Shown: positions 19,035-29,100 of the stretch, piece after piece | How the letters are laid out: every line of letters begins with the position of its first letter | Numbering within the stretch: position 1 is the first letter of the stretch | IMG/VR virus record: IMGVR_UViG_3300021961_007031 | Source: a virus | Direction: 5' to 3' (one strand) | DNA: 64,000 nt | Made by a program: the position numbers and the translations under genes | The notes under the pieces: model-generated | What the model was told of the DNA's origin: nothing | Databases searched by the model: none | The model's input: the letters and a program-made list of their open reading frames with translations, nothing else

Positions 19035-19296
19035 AAATCTATTGAATACCCTTGTAGAGCGTAAACTTGTTACTACAGAGACTGTAGTTAAGGCACGAGT
19101 ACCAACTCGTGGTTTCCATACTGGTGTGTTTATGAGTGTAAAAAACATTCACTGGGATCCACGAATGAGTGCAGATAACATAATTGATATTGAAGGTATG
19201 GAACCAGAACGGTTTGCTAAAAGTTATGACATTAAGCCTGATGGTACTGCAAAAGTATACAAAAAACGCGGCAGAAAGCCTAAACTTAACGCATAA
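19027..19296 (+). CDS. hypothetical protein with C-terminal AT-hook-like KKRGRKPK
   Basis: AAGGA SD; ATG 19027. Confidence 0.55.
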   Translation: MNKNLLNTLVERKLVTTETVVKARVPTRGFHTGVFMSVKNIHWDPRMSADNIIDIEGMEPERFAKSYDIKPDGTAKVYKKRGRKPKLNA

Positions 19297-19315
19297 ATAC
19301 TCCTATAAGGAGTAT
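19294..19315 (+). promoter_or_regulatory. late promoter overlapping an SD-sequestering hairpin
   Basis: TAAATA at 19294-19299; ATACTCCT-ATA-AGGAGTAT at 19297-19315. Confidence 0.7.
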
Positions 19316-19319
19316 ACCT

Positions 19320-19484
19320 ATGGCCAAACTCAATGAAGAAATGGTTGTTATCAAGATTAGTAAACTCTGTAGAGACAATGAAGAAATTGTAACTATGCTT
19401 GATGATGATATGACAGCCAGTTTAGAAGCAGTAATTCAAGAACTAGCAGGTCCTGATAAACTTGTAGAAGTGATTAAAGAATAA
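19320..19484 (+). CDS. 54-aa hypothetical protein missed by the ORF track
   Basis: MAKLNEEMVVIKISKL...LVEVIKE; AAGGAG SD; TAATG-coupled to the next gene. Confidence 0.7.
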   Translation: MAKLNEEMVVIKISKLCRDNEEIVTMLDDDMTASLEAVIQELAGPDKLVEVIKE

Positions 19485-19858
19485 TGACAGCAACAACCAC
19501 AGTAACACTATTACCAACAACAACATTTGGCACTGCTACAGGAAATTATGATGGTAGCAGCAGTTCCTTTAACAGCGACAAAGTTAAGGGAGATGGTTAC
19601 TATGGTTTCGCAGACGGTGTTCATACTATCCAGACACGAGTAACAGGATTGATTGGAACAGTAAAAATTCAGGCAACACTCGCAACAGACCCCGCTAGCA
19701 CAGACTGGGTAGACATTAGTAGTGTAGTTACAAGTGATGGAAGTACAACAGTAACCAACAGTTACTTTACTAACTTTACTGGCAACTATACCTGGATCAG
19801 AATTGCTGTAAGTTCATTTACAGCAGGAACTATAAACAACATTTACCTAGCACACTAG
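19484..19858 (+). CDS. probable virion structural protein (Thr/Ser/Gly-rich, beta)
   Basis: Composition and late-promoter context. Confidence 0.5.
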   Translation: MTATTTVTLLPTTTFGTATGNYDGSSSSFNSDKVKGDGYYGFADGVHTIQTRVTGLIGTVKIQATLATDPASTDWVDISSVVTSDGSTTVTNSYFTNFTGNYTWIRIAVSSFTAGTINNIYLAH

Positions 19859-19866
19859 GGCATAAC

Positions 19867-21081
19867 ATGATAACATGGTTATTTGATAACCGTAATCAGT
19901 ATGGCTATTTGCCAAATCTTGTAAAAGATAATACACTTCAGCCAGGTACTGATGCCTGGTATGATCTGTGTATTAAAGAGCCCTACAGTTACGAGTTTAG
20001 ATTTTTAAAATACTGCATACTAGATAGAGTACCATTTAAATGTGCTCTTGTTAACAGTGAAATCTGGGAAGGGCCTGCTTACTATCCCGTAAATCTAAAC
20101 TTTTTTGATCCTGAAATAGATTACTTTAGCCTAATGGATCCACAAAGCCTTGCAAAATTACAGCAGGGCAGATTTAAGTTTTTGTTTTATTACAGTGAAG
20201 GTGATGACATTCACGCTAGTGGTATAGAGTATGCCATAAAAACAATGATGACCCGGCATTCAGTAAGTTTAGAAAATGTTGTTTTTATTACTGCAAATGC
20301 TAGGATAGGTGGGAAATATCCTTATTTTTATTTCCCGGACGACGAACTTTATTATAGATACCTGCACATTAGAAATAAGGATTGGGTACAACAAGTACAA
20401 CTAGAAACTAAACCCTACAAATTTACATACCTAAACCGTGCAGATAAAGTATGGCGCAGAGTATTAGCAAGTAGGTTGCAAGCATTGGGTTGCTTAAAGG
20501 ATGCACAATTTAGTTATACTGGATATCAGTATGAAACAAGTAGCGTAGAAGAAGACTCGCCAGAAAATTGGAGTCGTAATTTAAACAGTGAAATATTTAA
20601 TAGTGTGTATTCTGCATTTGGATTAAGAATACCCTATACATGTGATGACTTGAGTTTAACAGAACACAATGATCACAAAATTATACATAAACCTCATTTT
20701 ACTGACAGTTACTGGCAGCTAGTGGCAGAAACACACTTTCATCAAGATACAGTGTTCTTGACAGAAAAGACATTTAAGTGTATATTAAACTTACAACCTT
20801 TCGTAATAGCTGGCAATCCACGGAGTATGCTGCTATTAAGAAAACTTGGTTATCAGACATTTGACAGTATAGTGAATGAAAGTTACGATAAAATGGAGGA
20901 TCCCTTTAGGCGTATGGATGAAATTATAAACATCGTTTACAGTTTAAATGATAGATCTCACGAAGACCATGTAAAAATTTTAACGGTTGCTAGACCAATT
21001 ATTGAGCATAACCAAAGACATTTTCTTGCCCCCAAAGTAGGCAGAATTCAAGGCTTACTTAAAAGATTGGATTATACATGA
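19867..21081 (+). CDS. hypothetical glycosyltransferase-like protein
   Basis: LVAET..FLTEKTFK..QPF..G..LGYQTF module shared with 60073..61125. Confidence 0.45.
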   Translation: MITWLFDNRNQYGYLPNLVKDNTLQPGTDAWYDLCIKEPYSYEFRFLKYCILDRVPFKCALVNSEIWEGPAYYPVNLNFFDPEIDYFSLMDPQSLAKLQQGRFKFLFYYSEGDDIHASGIEYAIKTMMTRHSVSLENVVFITANARIGGKYPYFYFPDDELYYRYLHIRNKDWVQQVQLETKPYKFTYLNRADKVWRRVLASRLQALGCLKDAQFSYTGYQYETSSVEEDSPENWSRNLNSEIFNSVYSAFGLRIPYTCDDLSLTEHNDHKIIHKPHFTDSYWQLVAETHFHQDTVFLTEKTFKCILNLQPFVIAGNPRSMLLLRKLGYQTFDSIVNESYDKMEDPFRRMDEIINIVYSLNDRSHEDHVKILTVARPIIEHNQRHFLAPKVGRIQGLLKRLDYT

Positions 21082-21746
21082 TACATTTTTTTACGCCTTG
21101 CTATGGGGGACAAATTAGCGAAGTCACATTCCAAGGATATATCCAATGGACCGTGATGGCTGTACAACACGACATACCATCTAAAATAGATACACTTAGT
21201 AACGAAAGTAATGTAAATCGTGCCCGCAATAGTTGTGTCGCTAAATTTTTAGCAGGCAGTGGTAGTCATCTTATGTTCGTTGATGCTGACATAAAATGGC
21301 GACCTGAACAAGTTGTTAAACTTGCAAGTGCAGACAAAGACATAATTGGGGGTCTATATCCTCAAAAAATAATTCCTCCTCGTTTAGTGGTTAATACAAT
21401 ACCCGATGCAGAGCGTGAAGGTGACCTACTAGAAGTAGGCACTATTGGCACAGGTTTTATGCTTATTAAGCGCACAGTATTTGAGCAAATGATAGAAAAT
21501 GGTGCACCAAAATATACAGATAACATAGGGCTTGGCAGTGAGTTTAGCGATTATCAGTATGATTTCTTTAACTGCACTATAGATCCTAAAGGTAGATACT
21601 TAACAGAAGACTGGAGTTTTTGTTATAATTGGCGCAGCATGGGCGGCAAGATCTGGGCAGATACTAGTATAGAACTAGGACATGTAGGGTACCATAGGTT
21701 TATGCCAGATATGGAAGCATTTAGGAAAGAATATGGAATCAGTTGA
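21078..21746 (+). CDS. GT-A fold glycosyltransferase-like protein
   Basis: RARN, LMFVDADI (DxD), GTGFMLIKR, TEDWSFC, LGHVG. Confidence 0.75.
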   Translation: MIHFFTPCYGGQISEVTFQGYIQWTVMAVQHDIPSKIDTLSNESNVNRARNSCVAKFLAGSGSHLMFVDADIKWRPEQVVKLASADKDIIGGLYPQKIIPPRLVVNTIPDAEREGDLLEVGTIGTGFMLIKRTVFEQMIENGAPKYTDNIGLGSEFSDYQYDFFNCTIDPKGRYLTEDWSFCYNWRSMGGKIWADTSIELGHVGYHRFMPDMEAFRKEYGIS

Positions 21747-22191
21747 AGTTAAACTTGAATTAACTGGTGTAGGTTTTGATAATCGCTGGCCCAGATGCAG
21801 AGTTCTAGTAAATGAAACATTATACTTTGATGATGTTGTGCAAGGTACAAAAGAAATAGTATTCAATGCCGATCTTGAAGATGACACTCAGAATAAACTA
21901 ATAGTAGATTATTATAATAGAGATTTCAGAAAAGATGTTATTTTAGGTCCAGATGGCCTGCCTGAAAAGGCTACTTCTGTTACAGTACAAAATTTATCCA
22001 TGGATGGTATTGAACTTGAACACCTCCCATATATGCACTCATATCAAGAAATATACGAGCCCTGGTATTTAGATCAGGATAGAGAAGAGTTTCCTAATCC
22101 TCGTAGAGAAGATATGCAACTTAGTTGGAATGGACGTTGGACACTTGATTTTACAACACCATTTTACATCTGGTTATTAGAAAATTTGTAA
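21733..22191 (+). CDS. hypothetical protein
   Basis: ORF in operon. Confidence 0.5.
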   Translation: MESVEVKLELTGVGFDNRWPRCRVLVNETLYFDDVVQGTKEIVFNADLEDDTQNKLIVDYYNRDFRKDVILGPDGLPEKATSVTVQNLSMDGIELEHLPYMHSYQEIYEPWYLDQDREEFPNPRREDMQLSWNGRWTLDFTTPFYIWLLENL

Positions 22192-22206
22192 CAAATAAAT
22201 ACATGT

Positions 22207-25161
22207 ATGAAAATAAATGAAGCAGTTCAGCAGGTTGTAGCCATATATCCTGGCAGATTTCACCCTTTCCATAAGGGTCACGCCAGCGTCTACAACTATC
22301 TTCGCAACAAGTTCGACACTGTTTTCATTGCTACAAGTGATAAAGTAGACCCGCCACGCAGTCCTTTTAGTTTTGCTGAAAAGCGAGAAATGATGATTGC
22401 TGCTGGTATTCCGCCCAGTGCTATTGTCCAAACTAAAAATCCTTATCAAGCACAAGAAATACTACAAGCATACGACCCAGCAACAACCGCAGTTGTGTTT
22501 GCTGTTAGCGAAAAGGATATGGCTGAAGATCCTAGATTTAGTTTTGCTAATAAGAAAGACGGGTCCCCAAGTTATTTCCAGCCTATGGCGCCAAACGCAA
22601 AACAAATGCAGTCCTTTGACAAGCATGGTTATATTACTACAGTGCCTACACTAGATTTTACTGTAGCAGGCGAACCCATGCGTAGTGCTACAGAGCTACG
22701 CCGCAACTTTGCAAATGCTGATCCCGAAACTCAAAAGACAATGGTCAATGATTTGTATGGTGCGTATAATGATAGAGTTTACCAAATACTAAGCAGCAAA
22801 CTTGCAGAAAGTTTAATGTTAGAAGACTATGCTAAACTAACCAATATTATAAATCGTATCTGGCAACTAGACCTAGAACGTCCACTAAACGAAGAAGTTA
22901 AACGCAAAGTTCTAGCAAACATAAAGTTGGCTACAGAAGCCTGGAGCGAAAAGTACAAGCGTAGCATAAACTGCAACAATCCAAAAGGATTTAGCCAACG
23001 AGCTCATTGTCAGGGTCGCAAAAAGAACGAAGACATAAATGAAGCATTTGATAGTCCTTATCCACTGGAATGGCAAGTCGAAGCACCCAATGAGTATAGT
23101 GCTTGGGCAAAAATTCCTTTTCAAGGTGGCGATTTTAGCTGGTTAAATGTGGACTTTGATCAACCAACACAGGGCAATTTTGCTATTGAATTTACACTAG
23201 GCGGCAGAACCAAAGCATCAGGGAAAGGAGATGAGTTTAGGATTTTCGCTACTGTTATAGAAGCAATTAAGCAGTGGTGGAAAAAAATAGATCAACGATT
23301 TGTTGATAGCATATACTTTAGTGCATCAAAAGATCCTAACGACAGCGAACGCAGACATGTATTATATTCAAGATTTGCTAAACAACTTGCTAGCCAGATT
23401 GGTTATACACTTGACGTAACAGATAAAGGCAGATCAGTATCATTTCTTTTAACCGCACCAAAGAGAACGTATCAAGTTAAAGAAGAGAGCGGACCTGAGG
23501 TCACAATGTGGACTAACCCAGACTGGTTTGGTGCAGATGTAGACACTGACTATTGGAATAAACAGCCTGTTAAAGTAATAGACATAGACAAGCTCGTCCC
23601 TTATGAACCAGAAGATAAGATGCAGGATCCCAAGTCTGCTGCTAATATGCAGGCTATTGCTAAAAGGATTCAAGCAGGCGAAAAGATAGATCCTATTGTT
23701 ATCAGCAAACATGAAGGCAAATGGTTGATACTAGATGGGCATCATAGATACTTTGCTAGTAAATTAGCTGGTGCTAAAAAAGTAAGAGTGGTAGTAGTAG
23801 ATCCTAAATATATCACATGGCGTGATGATGTGCCAGATGAGGATTATTATAACGAAGTATTAGAGAACCAATACAGCGACCTGGAACTAGCAATCATGGA
23901 AGGCGGCCACAGTCTAGAAGAAGGTGTTGGGCGTGATGTTGCTAACTGGGCAAAGAGACAGTATAGAAAAGTAGTACCCTTTACACAAGCAGATACAAAA
24001 GACATGATTGACAACATTGCTAAAGAAAAGGGTATAGATCCTCGTGTTATGCAAGCAATGGCAGACAAAGAATCTTCTTATAATACTGGCGCAATTGGCG
24101 ACAAGGGCAAGTCACATGGGTTATTCCAGTTACAAAATATTGCAGTAAAAGACATCAATGACTGGTATAAAACAGATTATACTGACAGTGATAGAATGGA
24201 TCCTGAGACCAATGCTCGTATGGCTGCTATGTATTTACAATTAGCAAAAGACAAATACGGTGCTAAAAATGATGCGGAAGCTATCGCTATGTTTAATGGC
24301 GGACCCAAGGCCTTAACTAACCGAAATGCAATAAATTATGCCAGAGATGTTGTAAGCAGAATGAAACGCAACCAACAACGAGTGGTTAGAGAAGCAGGCG
24401 TAGGCAAGATTACCAAACAAAATGCAACCAAAGACGCTCCTATTGGCAGCGAGTTTGCTAATGTTAAAAAGTTAGGTTTGGGTAGCGGCAAGCCACCTGA
24501 ACTACACAAAAAGGCTCGTAAGAACAGCGACCCAAATACATTATTCAATATTGGATTGGCGGAAGGCAAAGAAGGCAGTTACCTACTACAACTAGAGCGT
24601 GACGATGATCTGCTAGTATTACACATTACACATAGCAGAACAGGCAAGCGCACCGAAGTGCGTGGCAAACCAGATTACGAGGGTGATGGATACGATCCCA
24701 ATGATCAACTGCACCAATTGCTTGACAAGATTGGTAAGGCAGCAAGCATTAGCGACTTAATGAATGGCGAACTAGTAAGCATCAACCCTGTTCATCCACA
24801 GGGCCCAAGTGCTAAAGCACATGCTGAAAAAGCATTTGTAAGTGAGGACTTTGCTCAAGACCTAGAAGCAGAATTTCCTGGATTAGACTTAGATTTGTAT
24901 ACGACACGATCAGGTTACATATTGAGCAAGATTGTTCTTCCAGTAGGTGAACGCAACGAAGGCACTGGCAGCAAAGTAATGCAACGAATTGTTGACATGG
25001 CTGATCAGGAAGGAAAACTTATTGCACTAACACCTGATACTGCATTTGGTGGCACAAAGAGTAGACTAATAAAGTTCTACAAGCGTTTTGGTTTTGTGCC
25101 CAACAAGGGACGCAACAAGACTTTTGATTTTAGAGAAATAATGGTTCGCTATCCAAATTAA
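22207..25161 (+). CDS. multidomain (polyvalent) protein: HxGH nucleotidyltransferase-like, ParB/Srx-like, SLT lytic transglycosylase and GNAT domains
   Basis: PGRFHPFHKGH; ILDGHHRY; KESSYN..SHGLFQL; RNEGTGSKVM..LIKFYKRFGF; TAAATA at 22196-22201. Confidence 0.75.
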   Translation: MKINEAVQQVVAIYPGRFHPFHKGHASVYNYLRNKFDTVFIATSDKVDPPRSPFSFAEKREMMIAAGIPPSAIVQTKNPYQAQEILQAYDPATTAVVFAVSEKDMAEDPRFSFANKKDGSPSYFQPMAPNAKQMQSFDKHGYITTVPTLDFTVAGEPMRSATELRRNFANADPETQKTMVNDLYGAYNDRVYQILSSKLAESLMLEDYAKLTNIINRIWQLDLERPLNEEVKRKVLANIKLATEAWSEKYKRSINCNNPKGFSQRAHCQGRKKNEDINEAFDSPYPLEWQVEAPNEYSAWAKIPFQGGDFSWLNVDFDQPTQGNFAIEFTLGGRTKASGKGDEFRIFATVIEAIKQWWKKIDQRFVDSIYFSASKDPNDSERRHVLYSRFAKQLASQIGYTLDVTDKGRSVSFLLTAPKRTYQVKEESGPEVTMWTNPDWFGADVDTDYWNKQPVKVIDIDKLVPYEPEDKMQDPKSAANMQAIAKRIQAGEKIDPIVISKHEGKWLILDGHHRYFASKLAGAKKVRVVVVDPKYITWRDDVPDEDYYNEVLENQYSDLELAIMEGGHSLEEGVGRDVANWAKRQYRKVVPFTQADTKDMIDNIAKEKGIDPRVMQAMADKESSYNTGAIGDKGKSHGLFQLQNIAVKDINDWYKTDYTDSDRMDPETNARMAAMYLQLAKDKYGAKNDAEAIAMFNGGPKALTNRNAINYARDVVSRMKRNQQRVVREAGVGKITKQNATKDAPIGSEFANVKKLGLGSGKPPELHKKARKNSDPNTLFNIGLAEGKEGSYLLQLERDDDLLVLHITHSRTGKRTEVRGKPDYEGDGYDPNDQLHQLLDKIGKAASISDLMNGELVSINPVHPQGPSAKAHAEKAFVSEDFAQDLEAEFPGLDLDLYTTRSGYILSKIVLPVGERNEGTGSKVMQRIVDMADQEGKLIALTPDTAFGGTKSRLIKFYKRFGFVPNKGRNKTFDFREIMVRYPN

Positions 25162-25176
25162 AAAAAGAGACCATCA

Positions 25177-26175
25177 ATGAAAAAAACATTGTTAATTACA
25201 TTTGGTTGTAGTTGGGTCTACGGCGTTGGCGTTAATTATGAAGAAGGCATGTCCCGGGAAGATTATCAGCTGAATGCGTGGAATCCTGAACTATGTGATG
25301 AATACAGTTTTAGAGGTTTAATTAAAAAAAATTTAAATATTGATACTAAGAATTTTTCCTTAGGTGGCAGTAGCAATCAAATGCAATTTAGAGAGGCAAA
25401 ACAATATTTTTTCTCTCAACAATTTATAGACCACAAAGATAGTTACGATAACATTATTGTTTTATGGGGTATTACCTCAACTGCCAGAAATGAGTTTTAT
25501 TCTGTAGAGGACAAAACATTCCTAAACGTCCTTTACAATACATTTTTTGATAAATTTGACCCACTTGCTAAAAGCATAACGAAAAAAAATTATGACCTTA
25601 TAAAACGTCCTAACTGGCCTTCGTGGGAAGATTATAATAATCTTAACCTAGACAATATTGATTTAGAAACTTTAAAACAAATTGTTATATCTGAAAAATT
25701 ACATTTACGAGATATGCAAAAATCTACTACTTTTAGACATCTGTTGGAACACATATTAGGAAAATTTTCCTGGGACGTGGATGCAGCAATATATGAACTT
25801 TCGCTAGAGATTAAACTTTTTAATAGTTTTTTCGAAAGTAGTAACATAAAATTTTTATGGTATGATTTGTTTAATCACCATGATTATAAAAAAAGTTTTA
25901 AAAAATTTGTTGATCCAAGGGCAGAGTGGTTCGAACTAAAAAATTTTTTACAGTATGATAACAAATCAAGAGACATATTATCCTTAATATTAAAAAATAA
26001 TAATAGTTTTGTAAAGGACATAGCATATCATTTATCTGAGTGGAAAGATGACAATAAAAAAATAAATATGGGTGTAAAGAAAAAGTTATTAAATCCAATT
26101 AGTTTTCATCCTACTAAATTGGGGCACGTAGAGATAGCAAAAGTCTTACAACCAGAAATAGAAAGGTTTGTTTGA
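25177..26175 (+). CDS. SGNH-like protein (very AT-rich)
   Basis: FGCSWVYG, GSSN, FHPTKLGH, WPSWEDY. Confidence 0.6.
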   Translation: MKKTLLITFGCSWVYGVGVNYEEGMSREDYQLNAWNPELCDEYSFRGLIKKNLNIDTKNFSLGGSSNQMQFREAKQYFFSQQFIDHKDSYDNIIVLWGITSTARNEFYSVEDKTFLNVLYNTFFDKFDPLAKSITKKNYDLIKRPNWPSWEDYNNLNLDNIDLETLKQIVISEKLHLRDMQKSTTFRHLLEHILGKFSWDVDAAIYELSLEIKLFNSFFESSNIKFLWYDLFNHHDYKKSFKKFVDPRAEWFELKNFLQYDNKSRDILSLILKNNNSFVKDIAYHLSEWKDDNKKINMGVKKKLLNPISFHPTKLGHVEIAKVLQPEIERFV

Positions 26176-26660
26176 TGTCCAAAGAAAAAGATGTAATAAT
26201 ACACTTTGTACGATTCTGCAAAGACCAACTAAAATTGCCTACAGTGCCCAAAATTATTATTAAAGACAAAATTGACGACACAACATTTGGCCAATACAAT
26301 ACGCTAAAGAAAGACATTAGTATACGCACTGGCGACAGACATATTATGGATGTCTTGAGAACCCTAGCACACGAGCTAGTGCACCATGGCCAGAGACTAA
26401 TTACACCAGACCTAGATGGAAGCGATGGAAGCGCACATGAAAATCAAGCCAATGCTATCGCTGGAGTATTACTTCGTAAATATGGTGAGGACAATCCCAA
26501 ACTCTACGAACATCTAGAAGAAAGAGCAAGCATAGGAGTACCATTAAGTAGTGGACTTACGGTAACTATTGCGCCACACAGAGCTCTGAAAGTTAAAAAA
26601 TCCACACCGGGGAGGCATAGCTATGGAAACCCTAAACCTAAAAGAAAAAATTCTAAATGA
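26175..26660 (+). CDS. zincin-like metallopeptidase domain protein
   Basis: TLAHELVH (HExxH) and downstream ENQAN. Confidence 0.7.
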   Translation: MSKEKDVIIHFVRFCKDQLKLPTVPKIIIKDKIDDTTFGQYNTLKKDISIRTGDRHIMDVLRTLAHELVHHGQRLITPDLDGSDGSAHENQANAIAGVLLRKYGEDNPKLYEHLEERASIGVPLSSGLTVTIAPHRALKVKKSTPGRHSYGNPKPKRKNSK

Positions 26661-26946
26661 GGAGAAACTATATGAAAACAAACTACAACAGTGTCTTGAA
26701 GAACTTGAACAACTCATTGAAGATTTTAAAGGTCGTGCCAAACCAGGTAGTAGACCAGGCAGTCTAAAGCGTAAAGCAAGTCAGTATCTGGGCAAAGGAG
26801 TAGGCAATAAATTAAGTAAAAGTGAACTAAGACGACTAAGAGCAAAGGCAAACAAGATGCGTACCAGTGGTAATAAAGCTGAACGCAAGCGTGGCATACA
26901 GCTAGGTCGTCAAGTAAGTTTTGCTTTCAATATGCGGAAAGAATAA
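26623..26946 (+). CDS. small basic protein
   Basis: GGGAGG SD; PGSRPGSLKRK, K/R-rich. Confidence 0.55.
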   Translation: METLNLKEKILNEEKLYENKLQQCLEELEQLIEDFKGRAKPGSRPGSLKRKASQYLGKGVGNKLSKSELRRLRAKANKMRTSGNKAERKRGIQLGRQVSFAFNMRKE

Positions 26947-27209
26947 TGAAACTAGAGTGTGAGATATTAACAGAAGACTATAGTAACACCCCTGCTTACA
27001 GGGTATTTGTTAATGGCGAGCTAATGACTGAACGTGATTATGTTGTACCACCAGGCGAAGTAGGACATTACAATTTTATGTGTTACTTAACTTTGCCCGG
27101 TGGTGAAAATAAACTTGAAATTCAAGGAATAGGTCATAAGTTTAATATAGGCACGATGTGGTTAGATGACAAACAAATAGCTCACAACCAAGGAGTATTT
27201 CAGATATGA
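26946..27209 (+). CDS. hypothetical protein
   Basis: Coupled ORF. Confidence 0.5.
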   Translation: MKLECEILTEDYSNTPAYRVFVNGELMTERDYVVPPGEVGHYNFMCYLTLPGGENKLEIQGIGHKFNIGTMWLDDKQIAHNQGVFQI

Positions 27210-27412
27210 GAATAGACGAATTATTAGAAACAGCAAGCGCAGGTGCTACAAGCAGCGGCAATATTGCCACTGTGGCAAACCCTACAGTTGCTAGAGGCAA
27301 AGGCAAACCAAAAATGCAAAAACCTACTGATAATGCTCTGGATATGGATGCTAATTTGTTTAGTGGCGGTGCTATTAAGAGAAACACTTCAAAGCCATTA
27401 GGTGCTTTGTAG
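27206..27412 (+). CDS. small putative virion-internal protein
   Basis: MRIDELLE then TASAGATSSGNIA. Confidence 0.55.
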   Translation: MRIDELLETASAGATSSGNIATVANPTVARGKGKPKMQKPTDNALDMDANLFSGGAIKRNTSKPLGAL

Positions 27413-27447
27413 CATAAATACATATATAATCTTTTAAAGGTACAACT

Positions 27448-28542
27448 ATGAGATTCCGCGATTTTAAACCAGTTGTTAAAGAGAGCAAAACTCCAGAGCA
27501 AATTAAACTTGACTACTGTAGAGGGCTTATTACAAAAGAAGACGCGGTTTCTAGTCTTAAAAAGTTAGCGGAAGAAACTGACGCTGAAAAAGAATTTAAT
27601 GCAGCATTTGATAAAGAATACAAAAAAGCATTTGGCGACAAAAAGCCAGCACAATCTAAAAGAGAGCCTGAAAAATTTGGTGGTCTCGGAAGCCAGCAAG
27701 CATACGACGAATATAAACAAGATTTAGAAAAAAGACAAGCATCTATGCTTATGCGCCGTGCCAAACCAGGCGACGCAATGGATCCTTGGGATCCAGATGA
27801 TGGTAATGTATATAAAGACGAAACAACATGGCATTTAGATCCGAATTTTTCAGGATCACCAGGCGACTTTGAGCAACCTTGGATGAAAGTAAACACAAAA
27901 TATACAGTAGGCCCAGATGGTCGTATAGATTTTGGGCAGCGTAAACCCTACAAAGACGACAGACCTCCTCAATACCAAGAATTATCAGATAAAGAATGGG
28001 CTGCATTTAAAAAATCTCAACTAAGAGTAGATTATCCAAATACTCCTAATGACAAATTGCCATGGTACTTAAGAAAGGACGATCCAGATTTTGTACCATA
28101 TATGAGCGGCAAAAAACCATCAGGTGGTGATGCAGATCCAGCTGGTATGACTGGTGCTACTGCCGCTGGTACTCCATCAAGGGGTGGTGATGCAGATCCA
28201 GGCGGTATGACTGGTGCTGATGCTGCTGGTACTCCAGCAAAACCATCAGGCAAAGGACCTAACTTACAAACTAATTTAGGTAGAAGTAGAACTGACAAAT
28301 CAAATCAGTCTGACGATACTGGGCCAGATGATAAAGAAGCAGCCCGTATTGCAAAAAGATCAGAAAAAAGACAAGCAGCGAAACAAGATAGTTTAGACGA
28401 CTTGAGTTTTGGCAACGCATTTAAAAGAGCCCGTAAAGCACATGGCGGCGCCGGCGGCATATTTACTTGGCGTGGTAGAAGATACCAAACAAATATAAAA
28501 GGCGAACGATATGTTAAGAATCCAACGCCGGTACAAATATAA
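27448..28542 (+). CDS. putative virion-internal protein
   Basis: TAAATA at 27415-27420; MRFRDF..VKE; C-terminal SFGNAFKRAR..FTWRGRRY. Confidence 0.55.
   Translation: MRFRDFKPVVKESKTPEQIKLDYCRGLITKEDAVSSLKKLAEETDAEKEFNAAFDKEYKKAFGDKKPAQSKREPEKFGGLGSQQAYDEYKQDLEKRQASMLMRRAKPGDAMDPWDPDDGNVYKDETTWHLDPNFSGSPGDFEQPWMKVNTKYTVGPDGRIDFGQRKPYKDDRPPQYQELSDKEWAAFKKSQLRVDYPNTPNDKLPWYLRKDDPDFVPYMSGKKPSGGDADPAGMTGATAAGTPSRGGDADPGGMTGADAAGTPAKPSGKGPNLQTNLGRSRTDKSNQSDDTGPDDKEAARIAKRSEKRQAAKQDSLDDLSFGNAFKRARKAHGGAGGIFTWRGRRYQTNIKGERYVKNPTPVQI
28123..28242 (+). repeat. two imperfect 60-bp in-frame tandem repeats (GGDADPxGMTGAxAAGTPxx)
   Basis: Direct comparison of 28123-28182 with 28183-28242. Confidence 0.85.
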
Positions 28543-28554
28543 CTAGGAAAAAAC

Positions 28555-29100
28555 ATGAAAGACATACTTAACAAACTTGATAAAATCTTAAATGAAGGCA
28601 TGCTAGGCGACATGGCACATGCCTGTGAAGCAGATCATGAAGTTCAGATGGCTCGTGCAGATCTTTTCAAGATTGCAAAGTATGCTATTAAACTACATGA
28701 CATGATGAAAAATGTTAGCGAAATGGAAGGCATCCAGGGCTGGCAGCAAGCAAAGATTACAAAGGCTGCTGATTATTTAAGCAGCGTTTATCACAATTTA
28801 GACTATGAAATGAGTCCACTTAACCAAGCTCCAGAAGGTTCAGACACTGATGAAGTTATGGCACAGATGGCTTATGATCTTGCCGCTGATGATGAAATTG
28901 AAGAAGATAAAGTTCCATTGCCACCAAAGCGTCCAGAACCAAAGGCAGCGTCATACACTGATGCACAGAGAAAATCAATGGACGATGCAGTAGACGTAAT
29001 TACAAAGTCAGCAGAAGAAGAAGATGCAAAAAAGCGTAGAAACGAATCTACAGACTTAGGTAGAGCAACTAGAAAATTCAGCGATTGGGGAAAAAGATGA
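28555..29100 (+). CDS. putative virion-internal protein
   Basis: MKDILNKLDKILNE; DHEVQMARADL..WQQAKITKAADY. Confidence 0.55.
   Translation: MKDILNKLDKILNEGMLGDMAHACEADHEVQMARADLFKIAKYAIKLHDMMKNVSEMEGIQGWQQAKITKAADYLSSVYHNLDYEMSPLNQAPEGSDTDEVMAQMAYDLAADDEIEEDKVPLPPKRPEPKAASYTDAQRKSMDDAVDVITKSAEEEDAKKRRNESTDLGRATRKFSDWGKR

Noticed and set aside
28123-28242. 60-bp repeat as a regulatory or DGR element
   Set aside because: It is an in-frame duplication in a low-complexity linker, with no reverse transcriptase and no adenine-specific variation.
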